Below, in pieces: positions 58,369-64,000 of a stretch of DNA of 64,000 bases. The stretch covers positions 13,216 to 77,215 of the forward strand of contig CAYVCX010000007.1 of the NCBI GenBank assembly GCA_964450435.1. The letters are read 5' to 3'. This DNA comes from an uncultured Anaerolineales bacterium. Its GTDB lineage: Bacteria; Chloroflexota; Anaerolineae; B4-G1. The position numbers and the translations under genes are program-made. Each line of letters begins with the position of its first letter. Position 1 is the first letter of the stretch. The notes under the pieces are model-generated. The model worked only from the letters and a program-made list of their open reading frames with translations, had not been told where the DNA came from and did no database searches.

Positions 58369-58725
58369 TCAGAGCGTTACGATCTGATAGCCATCCTTCA
58401 TATATCGCATCAGGCTCACGTGACCGGAGGCATCATACACCAAGCGTAACCCCTCTTCAGCAGCCACCTCCACAGCCTGGGCCTGCACGGCGCAGGCCTT
58501 ACAAACCGCGTCGATCAAGCCCATGTCCTTGACCTTGCTGTAGAGCCGATGCCGCCCGTGAGCTGGATCGGACAGCTCGAGCAACCAGTGGGGAGACTCA
58601 CCCTCCAGGACGATATTGGCATCACCCCCGCGTGTGGTCACGTCCAGAGCCCAGAGGAATGCGTGGACCATGCGGCAGGGCATGTCCAAGCCGCCCATCA
58701 AGACAAAGGTGACCTTCTCGTTCAT
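58369..58725 (-). CDS. DsrE/DsrF-like family protein
   Basis: 118 aa, KVTFVLMGG...IVLEGES...AVCKACA pattern. The family call is moderate. Confidence 0.65.
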   Translation of the reverse strand: MNEKVTFVLMGGLDMPCRMVHAFLWALDVTTRGGDANIVLEGESPHWLLELSDPAHGRHRLYSKVKDMGLIDAVCKACAVQAQAVEVAAEEGLRLVYDASGHVSLMRYMKDGYQIVTL

Positions 58726-59453
58726 TCGGGTCTCCCCACCACCGTCATATAGATGGTACTTTCCGAGATGCCATCTACACCGAGCAGGTCATTCACCTCT
58801 TCGTCATACAGAGCGGCGATCTGACAGCTGCCCAGACCCAGCGCCACCGCAGCCAGCGCGGTGTTCTGGGCGATGTGCCCGGCATCCAGGTAGACATAGC
58901 GGTAGGCGCGCTGCCCGTACTTCCACTTGGAGCGCTCGAAGACCGCCGTCCAAGCAAAGACAACGCTCGCCTGCGCTGCCATCCGCTGATCGAGCGCGGC
59001 GCCGGCGATCTCGGTCCGGAAGTCCCCACGCCCCAGCTGCTCAAGCTGATGATGCTCCACATCGTAGTGATAGACCCCGGCTTCTACGCCCTGCACATCG
59101 TGGATGACCAGATACGTCTCGACGGGATACAAGGCACCGGCCGAGGGCGCGGCGCGCAACCCAACGTCACGGCGTTGCTGTGTAATGCCCTGGGCGGCCC
59201 AAAGCAACTGGGAGAGATCCGTCTCCTTCAACGGGACATCGCGGAAGCGGCGCTCACTGCGCCGCTGCTGCACCACCTCCCAGAGGGGTGCACCCCCCCG
59301 GATGACCGGGTCGCTGAGAGGGATCTTGTGCGCCTCGGGGTATCGTTTGTACGTGGGCGGCTTGCTGGCCCAATCGAGGCGGCCACCCCGAAGCTCACCC
59401 CGCTGGTACTTCGTCCGCTCCTGAAACCTGTCTCCAATGTCTTGATCTGCCAT
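58722..59453 (-). CDS. SagB/ThcOx-type nitroreductase-family dehydrogenase
   Basis: RRSERRFRDVPL...LLWAAQGIT...PSAGALYPVETYLV. Confidence 0.85.
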   Translation of the reverse strand: MADQDIGDRFQERTKYQRGELRGGRLDWASKPPTYKRYPEAHKIPLSDPVIRGGAPLWEVVQQRRSERRFRDVPLKETDLSQLLWAAQGITQQRRDVGLRAAPSAGALYPVETYLVIHDVQGVEAGVYHYDVEHHQLEQLGRGDFRTEIAGAALDQRMAAQASVVFAWTAVFERSKWKYGQRAYRYVYLDAGHIAQNTALAAVALGLGSCQIAALYDEEVNDLLGVDGISESTIYMTVVGRPE

Positions 59454-59464
59454 AGGACGCTCCC

Positions 59465-59905
59465 TTACCCTTCGAGCGCAGCTAGCTGGGCCTTCATCCA
59501 GCGAGAATGCTCGATCTCATCGTTCAGGTGCTCCTGGAGCATGTCGAGGGTCTGTTCATCATCCATAATCTCCGCGATCTCCGCCGCGTAGTCCTTGATG
59601 GCCTGCTGTTCCTCAGCTAGCTCCAGGCGGAGCATCTCGGCAGTGGAGGCTTGCGCCGTCGCGACACCAGCGGCTCGCCCGACGACGGTCTGCGCTCCCC
59701 CGGGCTCGGCCGCCGTCCCGCCCAGCGCTCTGATGCGCTCGGCCAGATCCCGGGCGTGGCGCTGCTCGACTTGCATAATGGCCCTCACGCCACCGGCAAT
59801 GGATGCCTCGGGAATGGCGCTGGCGTGAGCGCTGTACATCTCCACTGCGCTCAGTTCGGCGCTGAGGTTGTCGTTCAGCGCCATGATAATCTCCTGGCGG
59901 TTCAT
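59465..59905 (-). CDS. Bacterioferritin-like ferritin-fold protein
   Basis: LNDNLSAELSAVEMY...QVEQRHARDLAERI...ELAEEQQAIKDY...LNDEIEHSRW (diiron ligand pattern). Confidence 0.8.
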   Translation of the reverse strand: MNRQEIIMALNDNLSAELSAVEMYSAHASAIPEASIAGGVRAIMQVEQRHARDLAERIRALGGTAAEPGGAQTVVGRAAGVATAQASTAEMLRLELAEEQQAIKDYAAEIAEIMDDEQTLDMLQEHLNDEIEHSRWMKAQLAALEG

Positions 59906-59925
59906 AGCCTACCCCCTTGTGATCC

Positions 59926-60378
59926 TCACACCTGTTGCTCCCGGACCATCAACACCGGGATGTCTGATCGGCGCTGCACTTTAGCGGTCACGTTCCCCTG
60001 CAACCAGCGGCTGACCAGGGAGCGACGCTGGTTGGGCAGCACAATCAGGTCGCTATCTGTCTCCGCAGCGTGCGCGACGATAGCCTCGTCCTCCGCCTGG
60101 TCGCTGACCAGCACCACCCCTTGCGCATCCACACCCTCACCGCGCAGCACCGCCGTCAGTCGATGCACGTATTCCTCGGCAGCCGCCTTGCTCTTGGCAC
60201 CCACGGAGCCCTCCTCGATCTGGATGCGCTTCATGACGTACTCCTCGGCAGGCACCACGGTGATAACACGCAGCAGCGTGAGCTGTGCGCCCCCCTGGAC
60301 AGCCAACTCAGCGGCGTGTTTTAGGTGAGCTGCCGGGCCCCCCTCCCTTTCCAGCGGGACCAGAATGCGCTGATACAT
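59926..60378 (-). CDS. Universal stress protein (UspA family)
   Basis: MYQRILVPLE...LLRV...DLIVL...GNVTAKV. Confidence 0.88.
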   Translation of the reverse strand: MYQRILVPLEREGGPAAHLKHAAELAVQGGAQLTLLRVITVVPAEEYVMKRIQIEEGSVGAKSKAAAEEYVHRLTAVLRGEGVDAQGVVLVSDQAEDEAIVAHAAETDSDLIVLPNQRRSLVSRWLQGNVTAKVQRRSDIPVLMVREQQV

Positions 60379-60540
60379 GGTGTCCTCCTACGGAGTGCAC
60401 CCGCGGAGCGCCGTAATACGGCAACCGCACATCGGCAACCAGAGCTTCCCGGACCGCCGACGAGCGCACGTGTGCGAGTTGCTTCTGACGAGCGGGAGCG
60501 AGATTCTTCGTCGCTCCGCTCCCCTGAAAGAACCAACTAC

Positions 60541-60645
60541 AGACCCTAAAGGTTTCAGAAAATCAAGCTAGCACTCAAATACCTTCAGCAACATGGCGTC
60601 AGCATCCAAATAAATCAAGCAGACCCTTGAAAACCCTTAGGGTCT
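60541..60645. repeat. Lower-GC ~105-bp segment with inverted termini AGACCCTAAAGGTTT / AAACCCTTAGGGTCT and an internal hairpin AGACCCT-N11-AGGGTCT (probable terminator of the gene ending at 60692)
   Basis: Read directly. On the minus strand the hairpin is followed by GCTTGATTTATTT. Confidence 0.5.
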
Positions 60646-60691
60646 TTGCCGGCGCCCACCTTCTTTCGGTAGATCCAATGCGGTTGTCGTG

Positions 60692-61213
60692 TTAGAACGG
60701 GGCGAAGCCCTGGTCCATCTTGAACTGCTCGGCGAAGATCCGGTACTCCCGTTCGAGAACGCGCTGATGATTTCGCTCCCAATCAGCCAGATCCCGGTAC
60801 ATTGCCCTTCCCACTGGATCTTCCATCTCGCGGGCCGCCTTGGTATAGAACTCGACGGCGTTCTTCTCGATGAGATAGGCCATGCGCAGGGCCGAGAGCT
60901 CTGACGTGTAATCGTGAACGCCTTCCTCCAGGCGCTCTCGGGAGAAAATGGGTTCGTCGCCGGTGAAAGCGCTCTCGGCCGGCCACTCTTCGTCGGCCAC
61001 AGCCTTCCACTGACCGCGGCTCTCCAGCGACTCCAGGCGCGTCCGCAGGATCTTCTCGTGAGCGACCTCATCCTCAGCCAGGCTGGCGAACAGCTCCCTG
61101 CCCCGATGATCGCCAGTCTCCTCAGCCGCGCGTCGGTAGAAACGGTAGCCGTTCTGTTCCACCCGGATAGCCATCTTCAGCGCACCAATGGCTCTCGTCA
61201 GACCTTCCTTCAT
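60692..61213 (-). CDS. Rubrerythrin-like diiron four-helix-bundle protein (no rubredoxin domain), 173 aa
   Basis: MKEGLTRAIGALKMAIRVEQNGYRFY...LAEDEVAHE...IEKNAVEFY...LADWERNHQ (two ExxH pairs). The track ORF is over-extended upstream. Confidence 0.85.
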   Translation of the reverse strand: MKEGLTRAIGALKMAIRVEQNGYRFYRRAAEETGDHRGRELFASLAEDEVAHEKILRTRLESLESRGQWKAVADEEWPAESAFTGDEPIFSRERLEEGVHDYTSELSALRMAYLIEKNAVEFYTKAAREMEDPVGRAMYRDLADWERNHQRVLEREYRIFAEQFKMDQGFAPF

Positions 61214-61243
61214 AGGTCCCCCCCCGATGCTGATGAGATGACA

Positions 61244-61276
61244 AGACCCTCGAGTGCTCGGGACACCTGAGGGTCT
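61244..61276. repeat. Hairpin AGACCCTC-N17-GAGGGTCT, with the same stem word as at 60621-60645
   Basis: Read directly. It lies between the two rubrerythrin-like genes. Confidence 0.5.
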
Positions 61277-61286
61277 CCAAGCAACA

Positions 61287-61841
61287 TCACCCGGTGAAAA
61301 AGGGATACTCCTCGCTGTCCCACCAGGTCTGGTTCTCACCCAGGTACTCGCGGGTGTTATAGAGGAGCTCGTAGTGACGCTCCTCCTGGCCGACCAGGAA
61401 CTCGTAGGCCTCGCGAGCCCGCTCATCGTCGGTCTGCGCCGCTCCCCGGGCGTAGAGTGCCCGGGTGATGTCCTCGGTCTCGAGCCCGAAATCGATGGCA
61501 GCGAGGTCGCTCTGCAACGAGACCTCGCGATCGGTGGTGAAGACGGGCAGCTGGTACTCCTGGGGTGGTTCCTGGCCCGGGAGCTGGGGCTCCGAGGGCT
61601 CCAGATCGAAGGGCTGACCCATCGCCTCCTCGTAGGGAAGCCAATCGCCCTCGGCCTCCAGCGCCTGATACTGGGCCAGAAGCAACTTGAGGTGATCCAC
61701 CTCCTGGCTGGCCAGATCCCGGAACATCGCTGCGCCGCGCTCGTCAGAAGCTCGCTCAGCGGCCTGCATGTAGAACTTGTATCCATCTCGCTCGAGGCTC
61801 ATACCTCGTCGAAGAACGCCCTGGGGTGAATTCCAGTCCAT
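61287..61841 (-). CDS. Rubrerythrin-like diiron protein, 184 aa (paralogue of the downstream gene)
   Basis: LERDGYKFY...LASQEVDHL...LETEDITRALY...LVGQEERHY. RBS TAGGAGGA. Confidence 0.85.
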   Translation of the reverse strand: MDWNSPQGVLRRGMSLERDGYKFYMQAAERASDERGAAMFRDLASQEVDHLKLLLAQYQALEAEGDWLPYEEAMGQPFDLEPSEPQLPGQEPPQEYQLPVFTTDREVSLQSDLAAIDFGLETEDITRALYARGAAQTDDERAREAYEFLVGQEERHYELLYNTREYLGENQTWWDSEEYPFFTG

Positions 61842-61963
61842 CTGATCCTCCTAATCCTGTTCGCTTGTCTATCGTCCATTACACACCGGCACGTACCTCT
61901 CCGCCCACGCCGCTGTGGCGTCCATTCCTGAAGAACACGTGCATCGCATCCGCTCTCCGTACC

Positions 61964-62458
61964 TCACCAGCCGGCCGTTTCCGGCCCGCCCTTGAACGGG
62001 CCGACCACGTCGTGGGTGATCCACCCACCGTAGAATTTGCCGGGCTGGGGCGTGACGCGCTCCCCATCGACGTAGCACCCATCCATGGGGCCGGGGTAGA
62101 AAGCGACGTAATCCCGGATCGATTCGAAGGCTGGGCGTGGATCACGGTACGTCCACGCTGCACGTTGGGCCGTCTTCCCGCTCACGGCGACGCTGTAATA
62201 GCTGGCCTCCCCCTTCCACTCGCACCAACTCGAGCCAGGTGCCTGAACCAGATAGGCCATCTGAACGTCTTCGGGCGGGACGTAGTAGACGGGAGGATGA
62301 CTGGTCTCCAATACGCGCCGGGCCCGGCGCGTGTCGGCGATGGTCACCCCGTTGAAGACCACGCGGACGTGCTTGCCTGTCTTCTCCACCCGAGGCGGGC
62401 GAGGGTAATCCCACACAGATTCCTGCGCGGGCCCCGGCTCAACGCGCAGCGGACCCAT
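61964..62458 (-). CDS. DUF427 domain protein
   Basis: VRVVFNGVTIADTRRARRVLETSHPPVYYVPPEDV. Confidence 0.85.
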   Translation of the reverse strand: MGPLRVEPGPAQESVWDYPRPPRVEKTGKHVRVVFNGVTIADTRRARRVLETSHPPVYYVPPEDVQMAYLVQAPGSSWCEWKGEASYYSVAVSGKTAQRAAWTYRDPRPAFESIRDYVAFYPGPMDGCYVDGERVTPQPGKFYGGWITHDVVGPFKGGPETAGW

Positions 62459-62505
62459 TCGTGGCCTCCTTCAATCTCTGCTCAGCGCCGAAATTTCAGC
62501 CAGCA

Positions 62506-62715
62506 TCAGTCGCCGACAGCAAAGCCGATGCTGATCGTGACCTGCCACTGCGCGATCTCGCCCCCGTCGATTCGCCCGCGGGTATCCACGACCTCGAACC
62601 AGCTCATGTTCCGGACCGTCTTTGCGGACCTGGCTACAGCGTTCTGGATGGCATCCTCCAGGCTCGCTGAGGACGTACCGACGACCTCCACCTTCTTGTA
62701 CACCTTGTCAGTCAT
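62506..62715 (-). CDS. Dodecin (flavin-binding)
   Basis: MTDKVYKKVEVVGTSSASLEDAIQNAVARSAKTVRNMSWFEVVDTRG. RBS AAGGAGG. Confidence 0.93.
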   Translation of the reverse strand: MTDKVYKKVEVVGTSSASLEDAIQNAVARSAKTVRNMSWFEVVDTRGRIDGGEIAQWQVTISIGFAVGD

Positions 62716-62782
62716 GATGAGACCTCCTTGAAAACTCTGACGAGCCGTATCCCGTCACTCCCTGAAACGACGCGCCCCGGGC

Positions 62783-64000
62783 TCAGGGGAAGATACCCCG
62801 TCCCGTGTAGACTTTCTCCAGACGGCCGAGCGCTACGATGTAGGCTGCCGTCCGCCAACCGACGTTAAACCTGTTCGCCGCCTCGTGGACTCTCTCATAG
62901 GCATCGATCATAATCTTGTGGAGCTTGGCATCCACCTGATCCAGATCCCAGAATTCACTGCGCTTGTTCTGGAGCCATTCGAAGTAGCTGACAATCACCC
63001 CTCCCGCATTGCAGAGGATATCTGGCAACACCTCCATGCTCCGGTCCTGCAGGATCTGTCCGCCTGCCAAGTTTGTCGGACCATTGGCACCCTCCGCTAC
63101 CAGCTGGACGTTGAGCAGAGGTGCTGTCTCCGCGGTTATCTGATTCTCCAGTGCGGCCGGTATAAAGACATCCGCCTCTGTGCTCATGAACGTCTGGTGG
63201 TCCACGTCGGAACCGTGCGGATAGCCAGCGATCACCCCGTGAGACACGACGTACTCGGCCAGTTCGTCAGGATCAATGCCCTCCCGATTGACGATTGCGC
63301 CGCTGACATCCTCAACCGCCACGAGTTTCAGCCCCAGAGGCTTCAGCAGGCGCGCCGCCCAAGAACCGACATTGCCGAAGCCCTGGACGAAGTACGTAGC
63401 TCGCTCCAGGTCGAAGTCGCGGTCCTCAGCCCATCTCCGGATGAGGAAGGCAATGCCCTGCCCCGTGGCCTTATCGCGCCCGACACTGCCACCCAACTCT
63501 ACCGGCTTACCTGTCACCACGTGTAAGGCCCGGTTTCGCTCTTGAGGACGCAGGGTGGAGAGATAGGTATCCAGGATCCAGGCCATGATCTGGGGATTGG
63601 TGTTCACGTCCGGTGCGGGAATATCGTAATCAGGTCCGATATTGCTGCCCAGGGCAAAGGTGAAACGGCGGGTGATACGCTCTAACTCCCCCAGGGAGTA
63701 GTCCGCCGGGTCGAACTGGACGCCCCCTTTCGCCCCTCCCATAGGGATGTTGGCTATCGCCGTCTTCCACGTCATCCAGGCCGCAAGCGCTCGCACTTCG
63801 TCCACATCAACGGCCGGATGGTAGCGGAGGCCACCCTTGAAGGGACCGAGGGCGTTATTGTGCTGAACTCGATATCCCGTGAACATCTCGATCCGGTCAT
63901 CGTCCATCTTCACCGGGAAGTTGACCGTGACCTCATTCATCGATTCCCGAAGAATCTTGCGGACATCCGGATTGAGGTCAACTAAGTCGGCGGCCTCGCC
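62783..64000 (-). CDS. gdhA: Glutamate dehydrogenase (Glu/Leu/Phe/Val dehydrogenase family); N-terminus beyond the window end
   Basis: FKGGLRYHP, GGAKGG, GFGNVG. The frame remains open upstream of the track ATG (63940) to position 64000 (...GEAADLVDLNPDVRKILRES). Confidence 0.93.
   Translation of the reverse strand, partial: GEAADLVDLNPDVRKILRESMNEVTVNFPVKMDDDRIEMFTGYRVQHNNALGPFKGGLRYHPAVDVDEVRALAAWMTWKTAIANIPMGGAKGGVQFDPADYSLGELERITRRFTFALGSNIGPDYDIPAPDVNTNPQIMAWILDTYLSTLRPQERNRALHVVTGKPVELGGSVGRDKATGQGIAFLIRRWAEDRDFDLERATYFVQGFGNVGSWAARLLKPLGLKLVAVEDVSGAIVNREGIDPDELAEYVVSHGVIAGYPHGSDVDHQTFMSTEADVFIPAALENQITAETAPLLNVQLVAEGANGPTNLAGGQILQDRSMEVLPDILCNAGGVIVSYFEWLQNKRSEFWDLDQVDAKLHKIMIDAYERVHEAANRFNVGWRTAAYIVALGRLEKVYTGRGIFP

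Noticed and set aside
58722-59453. SagB-type dehydrogenase as a marker of a thiazole/oxazole RiPP (TOMM) cluster
   Set aside because: No YcaO/cyclodehydratase, docking protein, precursor peptide or ABC exporter is nearby. Stand-alone SagB/ThcOx nitroreductases are common.
59465-61841. Ferritin-like and rubrerythrin-like proteins as encapsulin cargo
   Set aside because: No HK97-fold shell gene is present in the window. The C-termini do not resemble the known cargo-targeting peptide consensus as I recall it.

Overview
Visibly GC-rich bacterial chromosomal segment. My guess is a Chloroflexota-like thermophile, which is inference only. It is densely packed with about 55 protein genes, mostly housekeeping and mostly on the minus strand, plus one tRNA-Arg(TCT). 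Genes I recognise: smc (3' end off the window), rnc, a MazG-like NTPase, a ThrC-like PLP enzyme, GT2 glycosyltransferases, uvrB, an HTH/receiver-like protein plus a 1423-aa multi-GAF hybrid histidine kinase, a CDF transporter, maf, a PBP2-type transpeptidase, a GH-A lipoprotein, rsgA, an EamA transporter, the oxidative pentose phosphate operon gnd-zwf-pgl, tatA / tatB-like / tatC, scpB, a GT2 + ArnT-like + YfhO-like envelope glycosylation operon, a MobA-like/HAD fusion, rlmN, a pyrimidine-nucleoside phosphorylase, bcp, a 2-oxoacid:ferredoxin oxidoreductase fused in one operon with a complete 2-oxoacid dehydrogenase complex (E1ab-E2-E3), a redox/iron stress island (USP, bacterioferritin-like, SagB-type nitroreductase, DsrE-like, two rubrerythrin-like diiron proteins, DUF427, dodecin), and gdh (5' end off the window). 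Many long ORFs in the supplied track are antisense shadows of these genes. Canonical TTGACA-17-TATAAT promoters, often with an extended -10 TGn, are readable by eye. Several sit only 9-12 nt upstream of start codons, implying leaderless or near-leaderless mRNAs. I found no CRISPR array, no rRNA, no recognisable defence system, no transposase and no prophage. The items most worth a second look are: (1) a 151-bp palindromic MITE/PATE-like insertion whose exact removal restores the frame of a decayed aldehyde dehydrogenase; (2) an orphan near-consensus promoter with upstream direct repeats driving about 630 nt with no convincing ORF; (3) several other 350-600 bp non-coding spacers, unusual for so compact a region (tatA upstream, tatA-tatB, 43.5-44.1 kb, uvrB upstream); (4) a self-contained two-gene operon of unrecognisable proteins beside the tRNA; (5) a Tat-lipoprotein with an internal duplication paired with a DUF4405 membrane protein behind the pentose phosphate operon. 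None of these can be called a new system from sequence alone.
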